NCBI GenBank assembly: GCA_012295275.1
Contig: CM022673.1
Span: 496,001-560,000, forward strand
DNA from: Chrysomallon squamiferum
Lineage: Eukaryota; Animalia; Mollusca
Length of the DNA: 64,000 nucleotides
Direction: 5' to 3'
Made by a program: the position numbers and the translations under genes. Under the pieces are notes generated by a model. It saw only the letters and a program-made list of their open reading frames with translations, did not search any database and was not told the DNA's origin. The number at the start of each line of letters is the position of its first letter. The stretch's first letter is position 1. Below, in pieces: positions 1 through 11,673 of the stretch.

Positions 1-226
1 TCTCTCTCTCTCTCTCTGTTTTTCTCTTTCTTTATCTGTCTATCTGTTTGGCTATTTATTGATTGATTTATTGATTTATTTATTGTTTAACCTTGTTTTA
101 ATTTTATTTGTAATTCTTTGTTTATTTTTGTAATATAATTTTGGTTTTGCTTCCGTATTACTCGCATCATTTATAATTAGTATTCAAAAATATAACTATT
201 ATCATTTTATATTTTTCTTTATTTAG
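1..226 (+). repeat. Copy 1 of a ~220-bp locally duplicated intron segment (copy 2 at ~5500-5722)
   Basis: Shared colinear blocks after a (CT)n tract: ggctatttatt, ttaaccttgttttaatt, tttttgtaatataatttt, ttgcttccgtatta.tcgcatc.tttataattagtatt.aaaaatataacta.tatcattttatatttt. Confidence 0.9.
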
Positions 227-274
227 ACTGCCTGCCAAAAATTACAAATGAAAAAATAAAGAAGAAAATAAAAG
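227..274 (+). CDS. Short internal exon (48 nt, phase 1-1) of a CARD-containing gene that starts upstream of the window
   Basis: Flanked by ttag| and |gttagt. Only the phase-1 frame is open: (D)CLPKITNEKIKKKIK(G). Confidence 0.6.
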
Positions 275-433
275 GTTAGTATAATAATGACGATGATAAC
301 GATGATGATGATAATGATAAAGATAATGATGATAATAATGATAAAGATAATGATGAAGACACATAATTAAAACTATACAAAACAAATCAGGAAAATTCGT
401 ATTTATTTATTTTTTTATTTTTGTACGTTCCAG

Positions 434-746
434 GCAAAAACTGCCGAAAAAACACTACAGGAAGGTCAGAGAAAACTTTACGTTTCTCATTGATAAAATT
501 GACGGCAAAGATCTGGCGCCATTCTTTTTGAAAAGGGTGTCTTCGATTTTGAACGACATGGAAGAGGTCAAGGCTGAAGAAAACAAGAAAGAGAGGGCTC
601 TAATCTTCACTAAGAAGCTTCTCCATTCTGGCAAGCACGGCTACAACGTTTTCATGTATGCTCTCCTTGAGTGTGGCTATGATGACGTGATTGAAAAGCT
701 GGAAAAAATCACAATCGAGTTATCTAAGTTGGACTGCACTCGTTAG
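434..746 (+). CDS. Terminal exon encoding a CARD (death-fold) domain; probable homopolymer frameshifts
   Basis: Acceptor ttccag|. The frame from 435 reads QKLPKKHYRKVRENFTFLIDKIDGKDLAPFF...NDMEEVKAEENKKERALIFTKKLLHSGKHGYNVFMYALLECGYDDVIEKLE...*. This fits the CARD pattern (l..n...L...id...l...L....v....d.e.i......era..ll..l...G..af..F..aL...gy..l...L). The domain call is by eye, not by HMM. Confidence 0.75.
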
Positions 747-1025
747 AAACACTCGTATCAAAGCACTGAAGTTCAAACACAATCTCGCACGCACACATCT
801 ATATATATTTATATATATTTCAAATACCTAAAGTAAATTATATATACTCATGAAGTTAATTTAATAATAAGAATAATAATAATAATATCAATAATAAGCA
901 ATAATAATAACAACAATAACAAAATAATAAAAGTATTAATAATTCTTTTTAAAACTGTGAACATTTAGAAGAAAACTTATAAATCTATTTTTTATAATCG
1001 GAAAGTCTTTTCACAACAAACATTA

Positions 1026-1064
<39 letters not shown>

Positions 1065-1473
1065 ATACATACATTATTTTTTTTTTTTTTTTTTATTTCT
1101 GTTGGTAACTTTATCAGTCTTGGAAGAATTGTTAACTCTGCTGTAATGTAGTATTAATTATATTAGCTATATTTTTTCTAAATATTACGTGAAGTTTCTG
1201 ATATGATAATTATACCTGTCTGCGAGACTGGGAGTCACTGGCGTCGTGTAATGGGACCAGACCGGTGGTGAAAGAAAAATACATAAACAATGATGAAAGA
1301 AAAAAACATAATCTGTCTTTAAAATAAAAAAATAGTTAACAATATAAGTCCAAAAAAGACAAAGAAAAGAGAAAACAGCATCTGTTTTAAATTAATAAAA
1401 TTGTATCTACAGTTAACAATCGGTATGTCCAAATTTTGATAATTTATGTTCATTTTTATTATTTTTATTTTTA

Positions 1474-1506
<33 letters not shown>

Positions 1507-1568
1507 AATTATTCTATTATGATCTTTCTTATTTTAAAATTATTCTGTTTCTTTCTCTCTTTTTTTCT

Positions 1569-1603
<35 letters not shown>

Positions 1604-1881
1604 TTGTTCGCATTATGCTATATTTTTAGAGTAAAATATAAAAAAAATATTTATTTCTCAATATTAATTCTTTCTAATATTAACCAAATATTAACTTTTA
1701 ACACCTAATTTATTTTTATTTTGTTTTCTCATTTCACTGACTTATTATCACTATTTAACTCACAAACGTGTCATTTATATTATTTCTCAGTCTATGTTCC
1801 ATCATGCAGTTGCTGTTATATGTTATTTCTTATCTTAGTAACTGCATAAAAAAAAAAAAAAAAAAAAAAATAATAATAAAA

Positions 1882-1927
<46 letters not shown>

Positions 1928-2191
1928 TTTTATTTTAAATATATTTATATTAGCTGAGGTGGGAATTTGTTTTTTTATTATTCGAAAAGTCAAAATGTCT
2001 CGAGAACGAAATAACTAATGAAATTTTAAAGGAGGGGAAGTAACTCTTTACGCACACATGCACACAGAGAAAATACGGAAACTAGTGTGCCGAGAGTACA
2101 TCTTTTGGTTGCTGTGTGCGCATTTGTTTTGTATTTTTGTTTTGTTTTGTTTTGTTTTGTGTTGGGTTTTTTTTTATTATCCTTTTAATGA

Positions 2192-2239
<48 letters not shown>

Positions 2240-2544
2240 ATAAATCAAAAATTTTCTTTATAAATAATATAAACTTTACATATCGTTAAGAACTACAACT
2301 CTTAACATCACATTAATTTTATACGATATGTACAATATAAACTGTTGTGAAATAAAACCGTTAATATGTGCATAACAGACAAATATACTAAGATTGGGGC
2401 ACAAATAAGCACATTAGTACACTTTCAACAACTTTCTTTATTTTATAAATTTTATTTTATTTCATTTATTAATTTTATTTTTTATTTGTTTCCTTTGTTT
2501 TATTTCATTTCCTCATTTAAAAAAAAAAACCCAAAACAAACAAA

Positions 2545-2575
<31 letters not shown>

Positions 2576-3235
2576 CGTTTTATCATGAATGTTATGTCAA
2601 CCATAATCATGGTGTTTGCTTTCTTTCCTCAGAAAAAATCTGAATTCAACTAAACGAGCATTTTATGGAAAATTATTGTTAAGAATAAATGTATTTCACG
2701 AGTTATTGTTCCTGATCACTGACTGTAACGGTATTGTTGATTAGCGTTTTCAAATACGATTTAAGCCTTGGATCCTGAGCCCGTAAAAAGTTATTTCCAT
2801 TTTTAACCAGTTTAGAGTCATTTGTTTCATTTTACACGATTCCGGCCATCACAGTTAACATTTATTTTCATTGATTATTTACAACCGTGTTAGACGACAA
2901 TACACTCATCACAAAAAGATAAGCACTGCGTGAATGAATCTGTTATACTGGTCACAACAAGTTAACGAAAAGAAGTTTATCCTTGCCACAAAAGGTTAAG
3001 GAGTAAATTAATGAATGTTGCCTCCGCAGAGCCACTGCTCTGTTCTGAAGAGAAATGATAACATTTCTCATTTAGAGAAATCTCGCCACGTCTGTCAGGG
3101 ATACGTCATCATGCAGCAATGCCAAATCTCGGTCATGGTCCCGATTGTACAGTTTTATGTCGAGTTAATACTGTCAAAAACCCCAGATTCCACCTGCTAA
3201 AATGATATATGTACAGTGTTAATATAAATACAGAA

Positions 3236-3317
<82 letters not shown>

Positions 3318-3899
3318 CACACACACAAACACATTTATGAACCAAAAGGCAAAAAATCATTAGACAGATAGACGTAAATAATCAACGTTTACTTACTTTT
3401 GAACATTCCCTACAGTTTTATTTTACAATAATATTTCTTCTAGCCGTTAGTAATACCACATATTGACTAGCATGCGATTCTAATTGTTGAATGCATCTTC
3501 ATTGTTTTTTGCAAACAGTATAATTATATTAACGACATATTCAGTTTCTCGATTAGCAGCAAAAGACCCTTCTCATAAACAGTAAAACAGAAACTTATAC
3601 TGACTGAGCTATTTATGATATATGATAACCACCAATCGACACTGTCGGGGTATACACCGTTGACAAATTGATGTAATGTGTTCATATATCACAAAATAAT
3701 TTAATAAATGAATGAATTTTAAATTGCTGCACTAACCAGTGCTAGACGAATATATATTTCACATCTGTGGTAAGATATGTAAAAACTAAATAAATAAATC
3801 AGAATAAAAAAATCCAAAAAATGTGCTTACATTTATCCGCCAACAACTGATTTCCTCTCTCACATTTAAAGCAACTGAAAGCAATTGAAAACTGCATGC

Positions 3900-4222
3900 T
3901 ACTGTATACTTTACTGTGTAGTTTGCTCTATTTTACTAAACTGTACTTCATTATACTGAACTATTCCATAATTTACTATAATACACTGCTCTAAGCTATA
4001 CTATACAATACTTTACTATACTATACCAAAGTATACTATGCTATAGTATGCTATGCTATGCTATGCTGTGCTATAGTATACTATACTATACAATACTATA
4101 CTGTTACACTATGCTATACTAAGCTATACTATATTATACTATACTATGCTATACAATACTATACTATACCACACTAAACGATACTATATTATACTATACT
4201 ACGTTATATTATATATACTACA
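3900..4222. repeat. Degenerate pentanucleotide tandem repeat (CTATA/CTATG)n
   Basis: Visible run of tacta/tgcta/tatac units. Confidence 0.85.
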
Positions 4223-4350
4223 CTCCATTTAAAGCAATAACTACAATATTAAACATAACAAGTAAATGACTATAAAGACGTTATTTTTAGTATAATTTAT
4301 AAACAATTGCTTTTTTTTATATATGTTTTACTTTTGTTCTTCTTTATTAG

Positions 4351-4613
4351 GTTATTGATTGTTTGACCTGTTAGAAACAGCTATTTTGATGAATAGTTAA
4401 ATGGTTTAATGGATGATTTCTATAAAATGTCATCTGAACCTGTTGTTCTTGCTGTGGAACTAACCAGTTTCGATAAATGTTTAACAAGCAGTGGATTGGA
4501 AAACATTCCACCTGAGCTATGATTTGTTACACTTAAACTGCTTGGCGAAAGGAAATACTTAGAGGACCACATCGCTGCATTTATAAGGGTTCTTGAACAC
4601 GAGAATATCTGTG
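4351..4613 (+). pseudogene. Decayed coding-like exon, possibly from a death-fold/CARD-family paralog
   Basis: Polypyrimidine tract plus ttag| acceptor at 4350. From ATG 4409 it reads MDDFYKMSSEPVVLAVELTSFDKCLTSSGLENIPPEL*FVTLKLLGERKYLEDHIAAFIRVLEHENICG, with an in-frame TGA at 4520. Family assignment is inference. Confidence 0.4.
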
Positions 4614-4666
4614 GTACCGGTCTTTTTAAAAAAAAATTTAATGAAATTTACTCGTCTTCCGTTTTA

Positions 4667-4697
<31 letters not shown>

Positions 4698-4760
4698 CGA
4701 TTTGTCGTTTATTCTCGTAAGATGTATTAATAACGGTGAGTTTTGACATTAATCTTATTT

Positions 4761-4796
<36 letters not shown>

Positions 4797-5295
4797 TAGT
4801 TCTCTTAATCTCTCAGGTTTAATGCTAGTAAAAGTTAGCAATAGTAGTAGCAGTAGTAGTAGTAGTAGTGGTAGTGGAGTGACATAGTAATGATCATGGT
4901 AATAATAACAATCTTTCGCTTATTAATTGGCATACAATTTTATTTCCTTTCATTTTATTTTATTTTTGTTTAGTTTAGTTTAGTTCTTTTATCACATTTT
5001 ATTTTCCTTTTATTTTATCACATTTTCTTTTTGCTGTTTTATTCATAGTTACGTATGAATGTTTTAAGAGATATTACATTTTATTTTATTTCATTTTTCT
5101 TCTTTTTCTTTTCTTTCTTTTTTGTTGTTGTTGTTGTTATGATTGCGTAATTTTTTAAAAGGAGAGAGAAAGAGAAAGAGAAATATCAGAAATTTTCAAT
5201 AATTTTTTTAAATTTTTTATTATATGATTTATGCATTTTGGTTTTAACTCATCGTTTAATAAAAATGAATGTCTGTCTGTATGTCTGTCTTTCAG

Positions 5296-5345
5296 ACAAC
5301 CAAGTGGAACCCTGCAGGTAACAGTCGAAGAAATCAAGCAAAAAT
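5296..5345 (+). pseudogene. Short exon (50 nt), probably a relic CARD-gene exon now serving as a 5' UTR exon
   Basis: ttcag| acceptor and strong |gtgagt donor. One frame reads QPSGTLQVTVEEIKQK, reminiscent of exon 227-274. It lies just upstream of the duplicated intron copy. Confidence 0.5.
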
Positions 5346-5481
5346 GTGAGTGAAAAATTTAAATTATTTTTATCAACTTTTTTAGCGTTTTGTGTGTATC
5401 GTTTTCATGTATATTTATTAATATTTGTTTGACTGTTTGACTGTTCATTAATTTATTTTTATCTACGTATGTATGTATTTA

Positions 5482-5499
<18 letters not shown>

Positions 5500-5541
<42 letters not shown>

Positions 5542-5722
5542 CTGTTTCTGTTTCTTTATCTATCTGTTAGGCTATTTATTTATTTATTATTTAACCTTGT
5601 TTTAATTATATTTGTTTGTCTGTTTTTGTAATATAATTTTTGATTTGCTTCCGTATTAGTCGCATCGTTTATAATTAGTATTTAAAAATATAACTAGTAT
5701 CATTTTATATTTTTATTTATTT
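5500..5722 (+). repeat. Copy 2 of the duplicated intron segment (paralog of 1-226)
   Basis: Colinear similarity to 1-226. The terminal acceptor tttatttag is replaced by tttatttatttt. Confidence 0.9.
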
Positions 5723-5819
5723 ATTTATTTTTTTTTTTTTTTTTTTTTAAGTTGTTAATTTTTTTTTTAAATATTACTTATCAACGTCTAAAAATCTTTT
5801 CTTTTATGCATTTTACAGA

Positions 5820-6189
5820 ATGGCTGGGGAAACAGCATCGGATCGGAGAATTTTTCACTTACCCTATTTTGCAATTGTAATTCTAATCGTTGCCATGGAA
5901 ACGACGTACATAACACCTTCAGTAATCTGCGAAAGTGAACAAAGTTCCTTATTCAAACTGAACGAAATTTTAGACAACCTTGTTTTCTCTGGGCCATCTT
6001 TAATTAAGTACTATGACGTGAACCTTATCATTGTCTGTGCGTACAGGTGTTCAACAAATTCAGAATGTCTGTCGTTCTTTTACAACAAAGCGACTGCGAC
6101 GTGTGATCTTCGCAGCAACGTTGTCGACAACAACACGTCAGCTACCACAGTTTCCCAGTCAGGATCAAAATATTATCAGCTGCAAGGAA
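5820..6189 (+). CDS. PAN-Sushi-GON protein, coding exon 1: signal peptide-like segment + PAN/apple domain
   Basis: ttttacag|a ATG. Hydrophobic LPYFAIVILIVAM segment, then CAYRCSTNSECLSFFYNKATATCDL...SKYY (PAN C-x3-C-x5-C-x-S-F-x-Y-x6-C-x-L). Donor a|gtaaga, phase 1. Confidence 0.9.
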
Positions 6190-6265
6190 GTAAGAGAATA
6201 TATATTATTTATTTGTGTTCATTTATTCATCTATTTATTTTTTATTTTCATTTATTCATCTATTA

Positions 6266-6326
<61 letters not shown>

Positions 6327-6909
6327 TATAATTAATAAAGATATATGAAATATCAGCATGGTGGATATCCTTGGAATACCAGAGAAAGATAAAACTACTA
6401 CTACTACTACTACTAGCAATAATAACAACAACAACAACAACAACAATAACAACAACGACGACGACGACGATAATAATAATAATAATAGTAATAGTAATAA
6501 TAAATTAATAAGATTTGTTTAAATTATTTCCTATAATTCATAAAAGAGCTTTGATACAAACAGCTGATGTTTATCAGAGATTCGAATAACTTATTTTTAT
6601 AAGAAAATCATCTGAAATTTCTTTCTAACAATCTTTTGTTATTCTACACACAGTGAAAAAAAAAATGTATCTGCGTAGTACTATTATTTTAAAGGAAGGT
6701 ATTGATTAATTATCGATTTACCACAATACCTAATTAACTGACTTTAATTCCACTGAATAACATTTTATTTTAAAAGAAGTTTTTTTTTGTTTTTTTACCT
6801 ACGTTATTTGTTTCTCTCTCTCTCTTTGAAATGTTATCTGTGGTTTGATACACGACTTTCAATAGTAAGTCCCTTCATTCGCAAATACTTTTATTTATAA
6901 TTCTTTTAG

Positions 6910-6927
6910 AAAAAACAATGAATACAG
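6910..6927 (+). CDS. Candidate 18-nt microexon (phase 1-1) between the PAN and Sushi exons
   Basis: ttcttttag|AAAAAACAATGAATACAG|gtaaag. Frame-preserving, stop-free, adds about KKTMNT. Confidence 0.4.
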
Positions 6928-7276
6928 GTAAAGTACCATATAATGATTTTTATCTAGTTAGTTTTCTTTAAGTATTAATATAAAGAGCTGATCTAATTTG
7001 TAACATTTATTATGGAAAATATAAATATTCCAAATAACTGGATACATAATCAGTGAAATGATATGAACGTGTTGTTGTTTTTACAGGTGAATTGGCTTCA
7101 TTTTTTAAATATGCAAAATATGATAATTTATATAAACAATACTACTGAATTATATTATTACAGCTTTAAAGTCATACGCTGAAATAATCGTAAGATTTTA
7201 AAAATTAAAAAAATAAGACTAATGAAGAAAGGAGGATATTTTTATTTCAAGAATTTAATTACTTGTTACCAAGTGA

Positions 7277-7334
<58 letters not shown>

Positions 7335-7502
7335 AGAAAGCAACTGTTAAAGATATACATGAAAGAAACACCGAGAAAAAGATTAAATTAATTTTTGAAG
7401 ATCATTACGGCAGTAATTTTAGAACTCGAATGATTACAAAGACAATCTTTGAAAACATTTTTTTTTCCTAACTTCGATATCTTAATTATAATTCTTTTTC
7501 AG

Positions 7503-7670
7503 AGTGCACAGTTCTTCCATCTATAGTAAGTGGTCGACCTCAGCAAAATGTCACCTCTATGGCGTCGTGGAATGTTGGCGACATCGTGTCCGTTGTATGT
7601 GAGCCTAATTTAGTGCTTTACGGACAGCTCATGTGCGTAGGAGAAGAAAAATGGAAAATTCCTGAGTGCA
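7503..7670 (+). CDS. PAN-Sushi-GON protein exon: Sushi/CCP domain (missed by the ORF track)
   Basis: tttttcag| ... |gtaaga, 168 nt, phase 1-1. Reads CTVLPSIVSGRPQQNVTSMASWNVGDIVSVVCEPNLVLYGQLMCVGEEKWKIPEC, the four-Cys CCP pattern with W..P.C. Confidence 0.9.
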
Positions 7671-7948
7671 GTAAGAATTAATTTTATTACTACTACTACC
7701 CCTACTACTACAGCTATTGCTATTATTATTAATAGTACTACTATTGCTGCTACTACTACTACTGTTACTGTTACTACCACTACTACTACTACTTTTTCTT
7801 CTTTTTTCTTGATATTATTATTATTATTATTATTATTATTATCGTATAGATTGCTACTTCTTTTACTGTTACAACTACTACTGTTACCATCACCATTACT
7901 GCTGCTGCTGCTACTGGTATCAGTTAGTATTTTTGATTCAAATTACAG

Positions 7949-8220
7949 GAATCCCGTCATGCAGTGCGCTGAAATCCTGCAACGAGAACGCGGGTGACGG
8001 AGAATACTGGTTGTATCCTCAAATCCTGAAAGGTCAGAAGGTCAAGGTTTACTGCAGCAACATGGCGTCGGACGTTGCTGAAGACTACATCACCCTGGAG
8101 TCGCCGAACATCGGGATCTCGCCAGATCTGAGCAACAAGAACTGCGTGGGCGAAACAGCGTCTGTGGCTCCAGACTTAGTAGGAGCTGCATCGTTCTCGA
8201 AAATCAGAGTCAACCTGGAT
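7949..8220 (+). CDS. PAN-Sushi-GON protein exon: GON domain, part 1
   Basis: ttacag| ... |gtaagc. PSCSALKSC...DGEYWLY...VKVYCSNM...EDYITL...GAASFSKIRVNLD matches the GON domain of ADAMTS9/20/GON-1 (SC..DGEY.L..KIFCAGM..EYVTL..GFSSFQKIRID). Confidence 0.9.
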
Positions 8221-9044
8221 GTAAGCTCCGTGTCTGGTTCGTCGCATGATCTGTTATTAGTGTTGGTACTGTAGCTGTCGTTGTTGTTGTCGTCGTTGTT
8301 GTTGTTGTCGTCGTTGTTGTTGTTGTTGTTGTTTTGCATATTGTCCGAGAGATCGGTTTACAAACGTATATAAAATATTTTTTGGTTAGTTCTGTCAAAT
8401 TATAAACACATTTTAAGATTTAAAATATCGATAGTCGGAGCACAATCATAGTGTGAACAGATAAAGATTTTCAAGAGATCAAGATTTTTGGTAATGGTTA
8501 TCTTCACTTCGATGTGGATTATGGATGTCATCATTTTCACAATTAATTCAAAAAGATTACGCAGCATGAAAGAAAATGTTGGTGTCTTTTCTGTTCTCAT
8601 TTAAATGTTACTTGTTAATTCTTTGTTTGTCGTAAATTTAATTTTTTATTTTTTATTTTTTTTTATGTTGAATGATAGAAAAACTAGGCATTCATTTTTT
8701 GTTATTATTTTGTTTATTTATGTATTTGTTTATTTATGTCTACTACTACAATTTGAACCACTACTATTTGTCTTCTGTACCGACCGTATGCATTGGTTCT
8801 CTGATTATTTTATGACTGATTAGTTTATTTTAAATATAATTTTTTTTTCCTTCCTGAAAAAGCGTTTTTCTTTTTGTGGGAAGGTGAATATAAAAATATA
8901 TTTTATTGCTAATAAAAAAATACACGGCTTCGTTAAATTAGAGGTTGTTTGTTGCATTTTTACCACCATTAATTGTCTTCTTTATTTAGTGAGTCAAAAT
9001 CGAGTATCTTTCCAAGTCATGTATGTATGTATGTATGTATGTAT

Positions 9045-9157
<113 letters not shown>

Positions 9158-9199
9158 TGACTATATATATATATTGTATGTGACACTATATAACTACAG

Positions 9200-9379
9200 A
9201 CAATGGAGGTAATCAGAAATGACGTGAAGTTCGCCACTATAACGAGCAGAGAAACGTGGGACTACGGCATTGCCAGAGACAGCTACACGATCCATTACTC
9301 TGGACAACCAGCCTGCGGAGGACCAAAAGGAACATTTGTTATCAACACCACGATGACCGGACTCATTGTGAAAACTACG
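9200..9379 (+). CDS. PAN-Sushi-GON protein exon: GON domain, part 2
   Basis: ctacag| ... |gtacgt, 180 nt, phase 0-0. TMEVIRNDVKFAT...YGIARDSY...CGGPKGTFVINTTMTGLIV corresponds to GON SMQIITTDLQFA...AGDCYS..CPQGRFSINL.GTGL. Confidence 0.9.
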
Positions 9380-9920
9380 GTACGTCGTGGATCGTTGTGT
9401 GTGATACACCACGCACATACAGACAAACACATGTATTCATATACACACACACAACACGTACCCATAACACACAACACGTACCCATAACACACAAATACAT
9501 ATACATACACAACATGACCTAAACACACAAATACATATGCATTCATTCATACATACATACACGCACATATAACTTTGCGATTCAAAGATTGGTTATTTTG
9601 TTGCTTTGTTGAATTATCGTTTACTAACTGATTTATCGAACAGAATGATTGTTTTATCATTTCTCGCTATGAACCTGTTGAATGGCTGGTTGCTTTGTCA
9701 TTCTGTATCATCGCCTGATACTTCAGTGAAAGATTACTTGACATTATTTAAAATTAAATGTCACTCTGTTGATTTTCGTTTAGAAATAAAAGATGTAAAC
9801 TTTGTCACAGATAGGAAAAGACAGATCAAAAACTTTGAAGAAGTGAACAAAGAGCTCTGCCTAAATCGGACAATATATCAACTTGCCAAGCGTGTTATTA
9901 AAACTTGGTTTGTCTGTTTT

Positions 9921-10016
9921 GTTTTTCTGACTGTATTTTGTTTTCCTGACTGTATTTTTTTTGTCTGACTGTATTTTTTTTTTCTGACTGTATTTTTTTT
10001 TTTTCTGATGTATTTT
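9921..10016 (+). repeat. Five imperfect ~19-21-bp tandem units (t)nCTGACTGTA just upstream of a splice acceptor
   Basis: ctgactgta occurs four times plus ctgatgta, separated by T-rich tracts. Confidence 0.85.
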
Positions 10017-10031
10017 GTCTTGTGTTGCCAG

Positions 10032-10176
10032 GTCTCGTGGACTGTCTTTGGGTGGAATCCGTACCAAATAGTTGAGCGTTCCGCTGACGGGAAAGTCATT
10101 CGACTAAGATGCGGTGGCTGGACTGGATGGTGTCAGCCTAGCGGGCCGCTACTTCTAGAACTGAACCAAAACGAAG
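10032..10176 (+). CDS. PAN-Sushi-GON protein exon: GON domain, part 3
   Basis: ttgccag| ... |gtaaac. VSWTVFGW...ERSADGKVIRLRCGGWTGWCQPSGPLLLEL corresponds to GON W...G...KSPDG..V.GKCGGYCGKC.P. Confidence 0.9.
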
Positions 10177-10463
10177 GTAAACCTTTTAACAAACGTTACT
10201 ACATGTTTGTATAGTGTTAGCCACCGGTAAAACGACAAATGTCTGTGTGTGTCTTTTGTGTGAGAGCTGTGTATGTATGTCCATGTATGTAATATTTATG
10301 CATGTGTTTGTATGAATGTATGACTGTATGTTAATAAATACAAAATATATATATATATATACATACATACGCATACATACATAGACATATTCATACATAC
10401 ATAGACATATTCATACATACATATAATGATGAACATACTATAAGAGTGTATATTTCTTTTCAG

Positions 10464-10504
10464 TTTTACCCGAAGACAGCGCAACATACGCAAAATGTGG
10501 ATGA
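10464..10504 (+). CDS. PAN-Sushi-GON protein, last coding exon
   Basis: ttttcag|, phase 1, VLPEDSATYAKCG* (TGA 10502-10504). The six main exons sum to 1176 nt, a continuous 391-aa ORF. Confidence 0.8.
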
Positions 10505-10521
10505 AGAACTTTGTAAATGTA

Positions 10522-10975
10522 TAAATACATACATACATACATACACACACATACATACATACATACACATACATACATACCTACATACACATACATACAT
10601 ACATACACACACATACATACACATACATACATACATACATACGCACATACATACATACACACACATACGCACATACATACATACGCACACACATACATAC
10701 ATACACATACACACATACACAAACATACTCACACATACACAAACATACATACATACATACACATACATACACACACATACATACACACACATGCATCCAT
10801 ACACATACAAACATACATACACACACACACACACATACATACATACATACCACATACATACATACATACATACATACATTCATACATACATACATACATA
10901 CATACATACATACGTACATACACATACATACATATATACATATGTTCTTAGGTACATATGTACACACATACACAA
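10522..10975. repeat. Compound (ACAT)n/(AC)n microsatellite immediately after the stop codon
   Basis: Directly visible; source of the HTYI/MYVC pseudo-ORFs. Confidence 0.95.
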
Positions 10976-11561
10976 ATATTAATATCTGGGTATCACACGT
11001 TCAAGTCTCGTCAGCGGAATTTGTAAGGGTTTCGTGCTTCTGTGTCAGTAGATTTCCGAATTCTGGTCTATGTGCAGAGTCTAATCAGACGTAGGTAACA
11101 TTCATACCTAAATACAGATTTCTGTTCGGTTATTACAAAACATTTATAATTACAAATTAAAACCGCATGTATCAAAGTCTAACAATATCTTTGAATGTTG
11201 TTCAGTATATTAATAATTAAATATTATTCTTTTTTATCAGAATTTGTTTTATTTACATGTACGTTTTAATAACAAAATACTCAAATACAGAAGAGAGAAC
11301 CTTTATTTCATCTGAGCCTTTCGACACTGACTGTGTTTTCAGTTTCAGTATCGTCTTTGTTTATTTCAGTTTATTATAGTTTTATTAGCTTTAAGCCTTT
11401 TGAGGTTCATAAAAAATAGCATTACAACAATATTGTGTAACGAAATTTCATCTTACTGAATATCGGCAGATGTAAACATAATTAGAATTAATAATTAAAA
11501 TGCTTGTTAAATGACATAATAAAAATATGCCTGAGATGATGGGAACAAAACAATTAACTGA

Positions 11562-11600
11562 TCTATCTATCTATATACATATATATATATATACATATAC

Positions 11601-11673
<73 letters not shown>

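Noticed and set aside
6190-6455. Hydrophobic poly-Ile/Leu tail of ORF 5820-6335 resembling a transmembrane anchor
   Set aside because: Read-through into an intronic (ATT)n repeat past the donor at 6190.
9449-9493. Short direct repeats (20-bp unit here; others near 10370-10410, 23978-24030, 59998-60039) as a possible CRISPR-like array
   Set aside because: Only 2-3 adjacent copies with no spacers; ordinary slippage duplications in eukaryotic DNA.
10186-10982. Long ORFs of HTYI/MYVC repeats on both strands (also 14967-15439, 11563-11826)
   Set aside because: Translations of (ACAT)n/(AC)n microsatellites; the real gene stops at 10504.
10985-11110. gttcaagtc B-box-like motif suggesting a tRNA or SINE
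   Set aside because: No A-box or cloverleaf could be built and there is no second copy in the window; at most a SINE fragment.
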